Source: Thermoplasmata archaeon (GTDB taxonomy: Archaea; Thermoplasmatota; E2; JACPAO01; JAHFTW01). Taken from it: 64,000 bases of DNA. The position numbers were made by a program, and so were the translations under genes. Location of the stretch: positions 423,171 through 487,170 of the forward strand of contig JAXDQS010000010.1 in assembly GCA_034667725.1 (NCBI GenBank), read 5' to 3'. Under the pieces are notes generated by a model. It ran no database searches. It was given only the letters and a program-made list of their open reading frames with translations, and had not been told where the DNA came from. Shown piece after piece: positions 39,990 through 48,466 of the stretch (position 1 is its first letter; every line of letters starts with the position of its first letter).

Positions 39990-40400
39990 TTACTCGAGGG
40001 GCGGCCCGCGCAGCGAGCCGGGTGCCGCGAAACGCCGCACCTCGCCCGTGACGGTGGCGTCGCGGGCGCCGGGGACCGTGGCCAGCGCGCGCAGCACCTC
40101 GCGCACCCGGTTGGCCTTGACGCGGCCGCCGAAGGCGACCCGCAGCTTGGCGCCGCGGACGGCGACGTGGACGGACGGGCTGCCGGCGTAGTCGAGCGAG
40201 GTGCCGAGCAGGCCCTTGCGGACCCGGCTGGGCTCGCCGAACAGGCTGGCAAGCGCCGTGCGGACGTGGCCGAGGGCGGCGCGGCCGCCGTCGTGGCTCA
40301 GGGCGAGGACGGCGGCGTACAGGATGCCGACCGGGAGGCCGGCGGCCTCGGCCAAGGGGCCGTCGAACGCCCACTCGAAGGGCTCGTGGAAGCTGTCCAT
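39990..40400 (-). CDS. Hypothetical protein
   Basis: 136-aa ATG ORF with host-like codon usage. Confidence 0.6.
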   Translation of the reverse strand: MDSFHEPFEWAFDGPLAEAAGLPVGILYAAVLALSHDGGRAALGHVRTALASLFGEPSRVRKGLLGTSLDYAGSPSVHVAVRGAKLRVAFGGRVKANRVREVLRALATVPGARDATVTGEVRRFAAPGSLRGPPLE

Positions 40401-40445
40401 GCGGCCGCGACCCGGCGAGGATTGTTAGGCTTTCCCGCCGCCGTC

Positions 40446-41726
40446 CTACGAGAGCCAGAGCAGGCCGGCCGCCATTAGCAGCCCCGCCACCAGGTGCAGG
40501 CCGATGGTGGTGGCGCTGCCCTTGATGAGCGTCCGGTCGGCGTAGTGGCGCACGACGATCATGCTGGCGTAGGCGGCCAGCGGGACCGCGAGCAGCGCCA
40601 GCAGGGCGCCCAGGGGGAGGGTGCCGGCGACGACGAGGGCGGCCGCGGCGGCGAAGCTGGCGGCCACGATGAGGACGTAGCCCCAGCGGGCGCGCTCGGT
40701 GCCGAGGGCGACGACGAGGTGGGTCTTGCCGGTGGCCTTGTCGCTGGGGGCGTCCGGGAACTCGTTGACCCACAGGATGGCCATGGTGAGGAAGCCGATG
40801 GGCAGGCCGAGGAGCCCGGCGTCGGCGCCGAGGTGGCCGGTCATGGCGTAGACCGCGCCGGCGGTCATGAGGGGGCCGAAGCAGGTGAACGAGGCCAGCT
40901 CGCCCAGGCCGCGGCGGGCCGCGAGCCGGAGGGGCGGGGCGGTGTAGAAGAAGCCCAGCAGGGCGCCGCCGGCGCCGAAGGCGAGGACCCACGGACGGTC
41001 CAGGAACAGCAGGGCGATGCCGCAGGCGAGGCCGGCCAGGAGGGCGCCGGTGGCGATGCCGAACAGGGTGCGGGGCTGGACGAGGCCGAGCTCGACGGCG
41101 CGGGAGCCGCCGGTGAACGGCAGGAAGTAGTCGTTGTTGGCCTGGTCGGTGCCGGCCCGCCAGTCGAAGTAGTCGTTGAAGATGTTGGCCGCGAGGTGGA
41201 GCGCGATGCCGCCGGCGAGGGTGAGCGCGAAGGTGAGGGGGTCGAGCGGGAGGCCGCGCCAGGCGGAGTAGGCGGCGGCCAGCAGGATGGGGACCAGGGT
41301 GGCGGTCAGGAACGGCAGGCGGCCGACGACCACACCCTTGAAGATCCGGACGCCGACCGTGGTCTTGGGGCGGACGGACTCAGGATCCACGTCGGGGAGG
41401 GCGCGGGTCTGGCCGCAGTAGCCGATCTGCTTGCCGTCCTTCATGGTGGGGGTGATGCGGATGTGCGCCGCCACCGAGCTGCCGTCCTTGCGCACGAACA
41501 CGGTGTCGGTCTCGAACTCGCCCTTCTCGCGGGCCGCCTTGAGCCACTTGGGGACGTGGCCGAGGACGATCTCGCCCGGGGAGAACAGGGAGACGCGCTT
41601 CTTGCCGACCACTTCCTCCGGGGTGTAGCCAAAGAGCGCCTCGGCGCCGGCGTTGAAGGTCTCGATGCGGCCTTCCATGTCGCAGGTGATGACGGACGGG
41701 AGGGCACCAGCAGAGGGGCGGGCCAT
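40446..41726 (-). CDS. menA: PAS domain fused to MenA/UbiA-family prenyltransferase
   Basis: PAS (FNAGAEALFGY..VRKDG); then RLPFL, NIFNDYFD..GTD, NEFPDAPSDKATGK. Confidence 0.85.
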   Translation of the reverse strand: MARPSAGALPSVITCDMEGRIETFNAGAEALFGYTPEEVVGKKRVSLFSPGEIVLGHVPKWLKAAREKGEFETDTVFVRKDGSSVAAHIRITPTMKDGKQIGYCGQTRALPDVDPESVRPKTTVGVRIFKGVVVGRLPFLTATLVPILLAAAYSAWRGLPLDPLTFALTLAGGIALHLAANIFNDYFDWRAGTDQANNDYFLPFTGGSRAVELGLVQPRTLFGIATGALLAGLACGIALLFLDRPWVLAFGAGGALLGFFYTAPPLRLAARRGLGELASFTCFGPLMTAGAVYAMTGHLGADAGLLGLPIGFLTMAILWVNEFPDAPSDKATGKTHLVVALGTERARWGYVLIVAASFAAAAALVVAGTLPLGALLALLAVPLAAYASMIVVRHYADRTLIKGSATTIGLHLVAGLLMAAGLLWLS

Positions 41727-41801
41727 GCCTGCGCTCACCCCTGGGAAGGGATAAGGCTGGCCGTTGGAAACAACTTGTCCGGAGTTGTTTCGCGCGCCGG
41801 C

Positions 41802-43499
41802 ATGTTGGGCCACAATCCTTTCCTGGAGGACCCCGTGCCCGCCGCAATGGCGCGCGCCCAGCCCGAGCAGCATGTCATCCCGTTCAACGAGCAGCTCCTG
41901 AAGCCCGCGGCCACGCCGGCCCCTTCCAAGGCCGAAGCCGGGCTGGTGCGCCCCCTTGCCGCGAAGCCGCGCGCCAGGCCGGCCACCGTCCCCAAGCCCC
42001 GTCCCCCACGCGCCGTCTTCGTCGTCCACGGCATGGGCCAGCAGGTCCCGTTCGAGACCCTCGACCTGGTCTACCAAGGCCTGCAGCACGAGGAGACCGC
42101 CCGCGGCGACGGCCCGCCCGCCCTACTGACGCCCAAGCCGGTCGAGGAGGTCATCGCGGGCACCAAGGTGCGGCGCCTCGAGGTCACGCTGGCCGCCGGC
42201 ACGCCCCAGGAACGCCAAGTCCACCTCTACGAGGGCTACTGGGCGCCGCTCACCGAGGGCCGCGTGACCCTGCGCGACGTCGTGGCGTTCCTGGCAAGCG
42301 GCGCCGGCAACGGCCTCCGCAACGCCTTCGGGCGGCGGCAGAAATGGCGGTTCGACAAGTTCCGCCAACCCTGGGTCTTCGGCCTGCCGCTCGTCCAACT
42401 GCTGGTGACGTCGCTGGCGCTCGCCAGCCTGCTCGGGCTCGCGGCCGCGTCCACCGCCACCTTCGCCGCCGCCGTCACCGGCACCGGCATGCCCTTGGGC
42501 ATCGTCTCGGACCTGACCTGGCTGGCCGCCTTCATCCTGGCCCCCGCCATCGCCATGGCCGTCCTCATGGGCGCCTCCTCCGCCGGCAAGCGCCTGGGAT
42601 GGCGCAAGCGCCTGGCGCGGCGGGTCCGCGTCGCCGAGGACAACCGGCGGCCGATGCCGCGCGTGCCCGCCCTCGCCCTCGTGCTCGACGCGCTCGGGAT
42701 GCTGGCGCTCCTGGCCACCGTGCTGGCGGCCGCCGCCGTCCCCTTCCTGGCGGCCTGGGCGGCCCTGTCCTGGGCCAAGGGCGCCTCCTGGCTTCCCATG
42801 CTCGACATCCGGGCCTCGTTCGTCGTCTGGGGCCTCCTCGTCCTGCTGGTGGCCGTCGCCCGCCGCGTCCTCGTCCAGACCCTCGGCGACGTCGCCGCCT
42901 TCGTCAACACCCACAAGCTCGACCGCTTCAACGAGCTGCGCGACGAGATCAAGCGCACCGTCCGCAAGGTCGCGATGGCCGTCTACGACGCCAAGGACGC
43001 CCAAGGCGGGCCCCGCTACGACGCGGTCTGCATCATGGGCCACAGCCTCGGCAGCGTCGTCGCCTACAGCACCCTCAACGACCTCGTCAACGAGGACGAC
43101 GACGTCGAAGGCCAGTCGCGCGGCGTTCTCGCCCGCACCCCGCTTCTGCTGACCTTCGGGTCGCCGCTTGCCAAGACCTCCTTCATCTACGGCCTCCAGC
43201 GCAGCAAGACCAGCGCCACCCGCGAGGCGCTCGCCGGCCTCGTGCAGCCCCTCATCCAGAAGTACGACTACCGCACCATGGAGTGGATCAACCTGCACGC
43301 CCGCGCCGACATCATCAGCGGCCGGCTCCGCCCCGAGTACGACGACGAGGAGGCCGCCTTGGACCACGAGAAGGAAGGCAAGGTCGCCAAGCGCGTCCAG
43401 GACCTGCGCGACCCGCACGCCACCACCCCGCTGCTCGCCCACAACGAATACTGGCGCAACCCGCTGCTGTGGCGGGAGCTGCGCAGCCGCCTGGTTTGA
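41802..43499 (+). CDS. Alpha/beta-hydrolase with inserted TM helices
   Basis: VHGMGQQ, GHSLG, TFGSPL, terminal HNEYW; central hydrophobic block. Confidence 0.75.
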   Translation: MLGHNPFLEDPVPAAMARAQPEQHVIPFNEQLLKPAATPAPSKAEAGLVRPLAAKPRARPATVPKPRPPRAVFVVHGMGQQVPFETLDLVYQGLQHEETARGDGPPALLTPKPVEEVIAGTKVRRLEVTLAAGTPQERQVHLYEGYWAPLTEGRVTLRDVVAFLASGAGNGLRNAFGRRQKWRFDKFRQPWVFGLPLVQLLVTSLALASLLGLAAASTATFAAAVTGTGMPLGIVSDLTWLAAFILAPAIAMAVLMGASSAGKRLGWRKRLARRVRVAEDNRRPMPRVPALALVLDALGMLALLATVLAAAAVPFLAAWAALSWAKGASWLPMLDIRASFVVWGLLVLLVAVARRVLVQTLGDVAAFVNTHKLDRFNELRDEIKRTVRKVAMAVYDAKDAQGGPRYDAVCIMGHSLGSVVAYSTLNDLVNEDDDVEGQSRGVLARTPLLLTFGSPLAKTSFIYGLQRSKTSATREALAGLVQPLIQKYDYRTMEWINLHARADIISGRLRPEYDDEEAALDHEKEGKVAKRVQDLRDPHATTPLLAHNEYWRNPLLWRELRSRLV

Positions 43500-43813
43500 G
43501 GCGGACCCGCTTCATGCCGGCAGCGGCCCCCCACGGCGCTGCGCGCCGCGGGGCCCGCTTCGCGGCGCGCGCTCGCTGCGGCGCCGGGCATGGCGGGACG
43601 TGCCTCAATGCGCCAAGGAAGCCTCGCTGCGCTCGGCTTCACTTCTCGGGCACTTTGAGGCGGACCCGCTTCATGCCCGCCGCTGCCCCCCACGGCGCTG
43701 CGCGCCGCGGGGTCCGCTTCGCTTGCGCCCGCTTCGCGGCGCGCGCTCGCTGCCGCTTCGGTGCTGTCGCGCGCGCCTTCGGTGCCGAGGTCGCGCGCTC
43801 GCTGCGCTCGCGG
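43495..43813 (-). repeat. Two-unit array: hairpin element plus recoded copy of the 3' end of gene 43814-45037
   Basis: 43639-43686 encodes AAAGMKRVRLKVPEK*; 43495-43527 encodes AAAGMKRVRLK; each is preceded by CGGCGCGCAGCGCCG-TGGGGG. Confidence 0.85.
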
Positions 43814-45037
43814 CTACTTCTCGGGGACCTTCAAGCGGACGCGCTTCATCCCCGAAGCGGCCTTCTGCCACCCCTCAACACGCTTGGCCGTGATCTTGGT
43901 GCCCAGCACGTTGGTCTCGAGGCTGTCGAGGTAGGCGTTGACCTGGTCGGCGACGGCCTCGCCGCTGCGCTTCTTCAGTTCGGCGATGCCTTGGATGCCG
44001 GCGCGGGCCATGGCCTCGGCGTACTGCTTGCCGACGCCCTTGACCTTGATGAGCTCGGCCATGGACTTCCATTGCTCGACGGTCTTGACGGGGACCTGCA
44101 TGCGGCGGGCGAGGTCTTCGGCCTCCTCGTAGGCGAGGCGGGCGGTGGTCTCGATGCCCAGGTCGCGCAGCTTCTGGCCGTAGATGCGGCCGATGCCTTC
44201 GATCTCCTCGACCTCGTGGGTGTCGCCGGCGTAGTCGTAGTAGGCGCGGGTCTCGCTGGCGGCCTTGGGCTTGCGGGCGCCGGCGATGGTGGCGTCCAGT
44301 TCCTGGAGGTAGGCGCGGGAGCCGCCCGTGGTCGTGGTGACCTCGACGGTCTGGGTGGTGGTGGAGCTCGACTCGCTGGACTCGGCCATGAGCTCCTGGG
44401 CGGCGGACTCCTCGGGGAACAGGCGGGCGCGCAGGTGCTCCGGGATCTTCTTGGGGTCGACCTCGGTCTTGGGCTTCTGGCTGTTCTTGATGGGCAATTC
44501 CTTCTTCTGGGCCTCGGGCGGGCCGGCGATGAGGATGCGCATCTTGAGCTGGGTGCCCTGGTTGTCGATCGGGATGTAGCTGTTGGTGTAGACCGCGGAC
44601 TCGACGGTGCGGGGGAAGACGTAGGGGACGACCTTGGTCTTGCGGTCCTTCTTCTCCCAGGCGCGGTACATGTGCGGGATGGTGGGGAGGTTGTAGACCA
44701 CGATGTCGGGGCCCTTGCCAAGGTTGTCGGGCTCGACCAGGCTGTTCTCGTAGGCCTCGAGGCGGGCGCGCTCGGCGGCCAGGGCGTCCTCGTCGGGGTT
44801 GAGGGCGGCGCGGCGCTTGCGCTCCTCGGAGCTGCGCACCAGCAGGAGCAGGAACAGGACGATGACGACCAGCAGCAGGATGACGGCCGTCACCAGCACC
44901 CACAGGTTCACTTCCTTGAGGAACGGGATGCCGGGGTCGTTTTGCGACTTGGCGTAGAGGAGGAACAGGAAACCGAGGAAGGTCAGCACGGCAAGCGTGA
45001 ACAGGACAGTGCCAAAGATGCGCTTGCCGCTTGCCAT
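43814..45037 (-). CDS. Membrane-anchored protein with C-terminal helix-hairpin-helix (DUF4332-like) domain
   Basis: Two TMs; EEIEGIG..KLRDLGI; KVKGVGKQYAE. Confidence 0.75.
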   Translation of the reverse strand: MASGKRIFGTVLFTLAVLTFLGFLFLLYAKSQNDPGIPFLKEVNLWVLVTAVILLLVVIVLFLLLLVRSSEERKRRAALNPDEDALAAERARLEAYENSLVEPDNLGKGPDIVVYNLPTIPHMYRAWEKKDRKTKVVPYVFPRTVESAVYTNSYIPIDNQGTQLKMRILIAGPPEAQKKELPIKNSQKPKTEVDPKKIPEHLRARLFPEESAAQELMAESSESSSTTTQTVEVTTTTGGSRAYLQELDATIAGARKPKAASETRAYYDYAGDTHEVEEIEGIGRIYGQKLRDLGIETTARLAYEEAEDLARRMQVPVKTVEQWKSMAELIKVKGVGKQYAEAMARAGIQGIAELKKRSGEAVADQVNAYLDSLETNVLGTKITAKRVEGWQKAASGMKRVRLKVPEK

Positions 45038-45069
45038 CAGGGATCGGACTGTTCCAAGCAGGGGCCCAT

Positions 45070-45636
45070 TTATGGGTTTGCTGCTTCAATCAGGAGGCGC
45101 GCAAGGCTCCGCAGCGCTTGGCCCCGGTGGCTCAGGGCGCCCTTCTCCGCCACCGTCATCTCGGCGAAGGTCCGCATGTGCCCGGCGGGGACGAACACTG
45201 GGTCGAAGCCGAAGCCGCCGGTCCCACGGGGCGCCTCCGCCAACGTCCCGGCGCAGGCGCCGGCCAGGTGATGCCGGCGGCCGGCCGCGTCCACGAACAA
45301 GAGGTCGGTGCGGAAGCTCGCCGTCCGGTCGCGGCCCGCCACCAGCCGCAGCAGCCCGTCCAGCCCGAGGTGCTCCAGCGCGTGGCGCGACTGGACGCCG
45401 GGGAAGCCGCCGAGCGCGTCCACGAACAGCCCCGAGTCCTCCAGGGCGAACGGGGGCGCGAGGCCGTGGGCCAGCAGCCAGTCGGCCCCGAACCCGGTCA
45501 CCTCGGCCAGGGTCTGGGCCTGGAGCTCCGGGTAGCCGCGCTTGTCGGCCTCGACCTGCCAGCCCAGCGGCTCCAGGTGCGCCTGGCATTCCGCCAGCTT
45601 GCCGGCGTTGCCCGACACCAGCACGAGCCGGTTCAC
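45070..45636 (-). CDS. rdgB: Non-canonical purine NTP pyrophosphatase (RdgB/HAM1)
   Basis: SGNAGK, EDSGL, FPGVQS, GFGFDPVF, SHRGQA. Confidence 0.92.
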   Translation of the reverse strand: MNRLVLVSGNAGKLAECQAHLEPLGWQVEADKRGYPELQAQTLAEVTGFGADWLLAHGLAPPFALEDSGLFVDALGGFPGVQSRHALEHLGLDGLLRLVAGRDRTASFRTDLLFVDAAGRRHHLAGACAGTLAEAPRGTGGFGFDPVFVPAGHMRTFAEMTVAEKGALSHRGQALRSLARLLIEAANP

Positions 45637-47285
45637 TTGTAGCGCCCCCGCGCGCGAATCTCGGCAAGGCGGGCCAAGGTCGCCGCCGCGTGCCGCGAGG
45701 CGGCATAGCCTTCCAGGAACGCGGCCGCCAGCGCGTGCGACCGGGCGTCGGTGGCCTCCAGCGCCTCCTCCACCAGGTGCAGGTCGACGCCGCGCGGCTC
45801 CGGCTCCTCCGACGCCTGCCCGAGCCCGAAGTCGATCAAGACGAGGCTCGCCGGGTCCGCCGCGTCGGGCACCAGCACGTTGCTCGTGGTCAGGTCGCCA
45901 TGCGCCAGCCCGGCGTCGTGCAGCCGCGCCGCCAGTCCGCCCAGCCGCCGCAGCCGGGCCGCCGCGGCCTCGCCGCCATCGCGCGCCAGCACGGCTCGCA
46001 GCGTCTCCCCGGGGATCGCCTGCAGCTCGAGGGTGGCGCCGGCGCGGTCCACGTCGAGCACGAGCGGCACGGGCACGCCCGCCCGGCGCGCGGCCGCCAG
46101 CAGGCTGGCCTCGTCGCGGGTGCGCTCGTCCCGGATGCGGGCATCGAGCCGCGGGTGGCGCCCGGCCTTGGCCACGCGGGCCTTGCGCATCGCTGCCAGG
46201 CCGAGGAACCGGCCGGGCGTCACGATGGCCTCGGCCCCGCGCACCAGCGCCGCGGGCACCGGCTCGGGGGCGGCGGCGCGCCAGCGCGCGTCCACTTGGT
46301 CGGTGCGCTGCTCCGGCAGGACTTGGCTCCCGGCGACCGGGATGGTCGCGCCGGCGCGCAGCATCTCCAGGCCGAGCCAGGCGATCATGGCGCCGTTGTC
46401 CACCAGCACCTCGCGCGGCGGGCAGTGGAACGCCGCGCCGCGGGCGTCGCACATGGCGCGCGCCATCGCCTGCAGCCGGGCGTTGCACGCCACGCCGCCG
46501 CCGAGGGCCAGCTCCGTCCGTCCGGTGTGGGCCAGCGCGCGCTCGGCCACCTCCACCAGCATCGCGAAGGCGTGCTCCTGGAAGGCGAGGCACGCCTCGG
46601 GGACGGGGACGCCGTCGTCCACCAGGCGGGCGGCGGCGGTGGCGAGGCCGGCGAAGCTGGTGTCCATGCCCTTGACGACGTAGGGAAGGTCGTGCCAGGC
46701 GCCGGCGGGGGCCTGGGCGGCGAGCCGCTCGACCTCGGGGCCGCCGGGGAACGGGATGCCGAGGCCGCGCGCGAACTTGTCGAGGGCGTTGCCGAGGCCC
46801 ACGTCCAAGGTCTCGCCGAACACCCGGTAGCGGCCGCGCACGAACGCCAGCACCTGGGTGTTGGCGCCCGAGACGTACAGCAGCACCGGGTCCTGGGCGG
46901 GCGTCATGCCGCGGGCAATCTCAAGGTGCGCGACGCAGTGGTTGACGCCTACCAAGGGGATGCCCGCCTCCAGGCTGAGGGCGCGCGCCATCGTGGCCGC
47001 CACCCGCAGCGACGGGCCCAGCCCGGGGCCTTGGCTGAACGCCACCGCCTCCAGGTCCGCGCGAGCAAGGCCGGCCTTGGCCAGGGCGGCCTCCAGCAGG
47101 GCGGGCCCCTTGTCGGCGTGATGGTGGGCGGCCTCGCGGGGATGGATGCCCAAGGGGCCGCCGTCCGCCGCCGGGGCCAGCATGGCGCGCTCGTTGGCAA
47201 GGACGCGGCACTTGCCGGCGCCGTCCCGCTCGACGACGCCGACGCCAAGGGTGTGCGCGGTGCCCTCGATGCCCAGGACGGCCAT
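45633..47285 (-). CDS. kae1: Kae1-Bud32 fusion (t6A synthesis, KEOPS)
   Basis: GIEGTAH, NHCVAH, YVSGANT, DNGAMIA; GAEA, HGDLTTSN, IDFGL. Confidence 0.95.
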   Translation of the reverse strand: MAVLGIEGTAHTLGVGVVERDGAGKCRVLANERAMLAPAADGGPLGIHPREAAHHHADKGPALLEAALAKAGLARADLEAVAFSQGPGLGPSLRVAATMARALSLEAGIPLVGVNHCVAHLEIARGMTPAQDPVLLYVSGANTQVLAFVRGRYRVFGETLDVGLGNALDKFARGLGIPFPGGPEVERLAAQAPAGAWHDLPYVVKGMDTSFAGLATAAARLVDDGVPVPEACLAFQEHAFAMLVEVAERALAHTGRTELALGGGVACNARLQAMARAMCDARGAAFHCPPREVLVDNGAMIAWLGLEMLRAGATIPVAGSQVLPEQRTDQVDARWRAAAPEPVPAALVRGAEAIVTPGRFLGLAAMRKARVAKAGRHPRLDARIRDERTRDEASLLAAARRAGVPVPLVLDVDRAGATLELQAIPGETLRAVLARDGGEAAAARLRRLGGLAARLHDAGLAHGDLTTSNVLVPDAADPASLVLIDFGLGQASEEPEPRGVDLHLVEEALEATDARSHALAAAFLEGYAASRHAAATLARLAEIRARGRYK

Positions 47286-47293
47286 CGCGCGGC

Positions 47294-47665
47294 CTACGCC
47301 TTCGCCTTCGCGGCCTCGGCGTCCTTGGCGCCCTTCTTCGCCATCTCCTGGATTTTCTTCGAGCGGGCCTTGGCGTCGTAGCCGGTCACGGCCTCCAGGA
47401 ACTCGTTCCAGCGGCGCTGGGTGTCCATCGCGACCGCCAGCGCCTCCTTGTCGCCAGCAGCAACCTTGACGGCGAACGACTTGTCCGTCACGGTGTCCAC
47501 CTGCAGCTCCTTCTTGCCCTCGTAGCGCGCCCGGATGGTGGGCATGCTGCCGAAGGCGCCGGCGTACCAGTCGCCCTCCTTCTCGTGGGCGTCGAAGCAG
47601 GCGTCGAACACCATGCCGAAGTCGACCTTCGCGGCGTGCCCGGGCTTGACGGGGTAGGATTGCAC
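47294..47665 (-). CDS. DUF5611-like archaeal protein
   Basis: WNEFLEAVTGYDAKARSKK; start uncertain (47665 or 47677). Confidence 0.7.
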   Translation of the reverse strand: MQSYPVKPGHAAKVDFGMVFDACFDAHEKEGDWYAGAFGSMPTIRARYEGKKELQVDTVTDKSFAVKVAAGDKEALAVAMDTQRRWNEFLEAVTGYDAKARSKKIQEMAKKGAKDAEAAKAKA

Positions 47666-47690
47666 GGCTGCGCGCATCACGGGAGTGGGC

Positions 47691-48392
47691 TTAGGCGTTG
47701 CCGCGCAGCAGGGGCACCAGCTCGGCCGGGACCGACACCGCCACGTCGGCGCACGTGGGCTGGGGATCGCGCCCGACCCGGGCCGTCTGCATCCCGAGCG
47801 CCTTGGCCGGCAGCATGTCGAAGTCCTCCGAGTCGCCCACCATGACGGCGCGGGACGGCGCCACGCCCAACTGGCGGCAGACGGCCAGGAACGCCTCGGG
47901 GCTCGGCTTCCAGTGGCCCAGCTCGCCGGAGATGCCGACGAAGTCCACGAGCGTCGCGAGGCCGAACTGCTCGACCTTGGGCCGCTGCACCTCCGACGGG
48001 CCGTTGGTCAACAGGGCCACCTTGCGGCCGGCGCGCGCCGCCGCCAGCGCCTCCACCGCCCCCGGCAGCAACGCGAGGCGGGCGCGGACGCGCTCGCGGA
48101 ACAGCCCGCCCAGCAGGTCGCCGGGCACCGCGGCGGCCGTGCCGAGCCGCTCCGTCAGCATCGTGAGGCGCTCCGCGACGTACCACCAGCGCTGGGTGGC
48201 GCGGAAGCTCACCACGTTCTCCGCCATGACGCCGGCGTACACCCGCTCGACCTCGGCGGTGGCGACCCCGCGCGGCTCGAAGTGGGCCGCCGCCAGGTCC
48301 TTGATGGCGCCCGCCTCGGCCTCCCGCCAGTTCACGAGCGTGTCGTCCAGGTCGAACAGGACCGCGTCCACCCGGTCCAGGCGAAGGGGCAC
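47691..48392 (-). CDS. HAD-superfamily hydrolase
   Basis: FDLDDTL, LTNG, KP, VGDSEDFD. Confidence 0.9.
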   Translation of the reverse strand: MPLRLDRVDAVLFDLDDTLVNWREAEAGAIKDLAAAHFEPRGVATAEVERVYAGVMAENVVSFRATQRWWYVAERLTMLTERLGTAAAVPGDLLGGLFRERVRARLALLPGAVEALAAARAGRKVALLTNGPSEVQRPKVEQFGLATLVDFVGISGELGHWKPSPEAFLAVCRQLGVAPSRAVMVGDSEDFDMLPAKALGMQTARVGRDPQPTCADVAVSVPAELVPLLRGNA

Positions 48393-48466
48393 GGGGGTTC
48401 CGAGCGGTGGGGCCGCTTGAGGTTTGGCAACTTGACCTTGGAGGGTTCGGTGCCCTCGGTGGCCCG

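Noticed and set aside
43495-43813. Repeat/spacer appearance suggesting CRISPR or a DGR template repeat
   Set aside because: Repeats are long and degenerate, and there are no cas or RT genes. Differences are synonymous and not adenine-specific.
45633-47285. Kae1-Bud32 fusion as a novelty
   Set aside because: Well known in many archaea.
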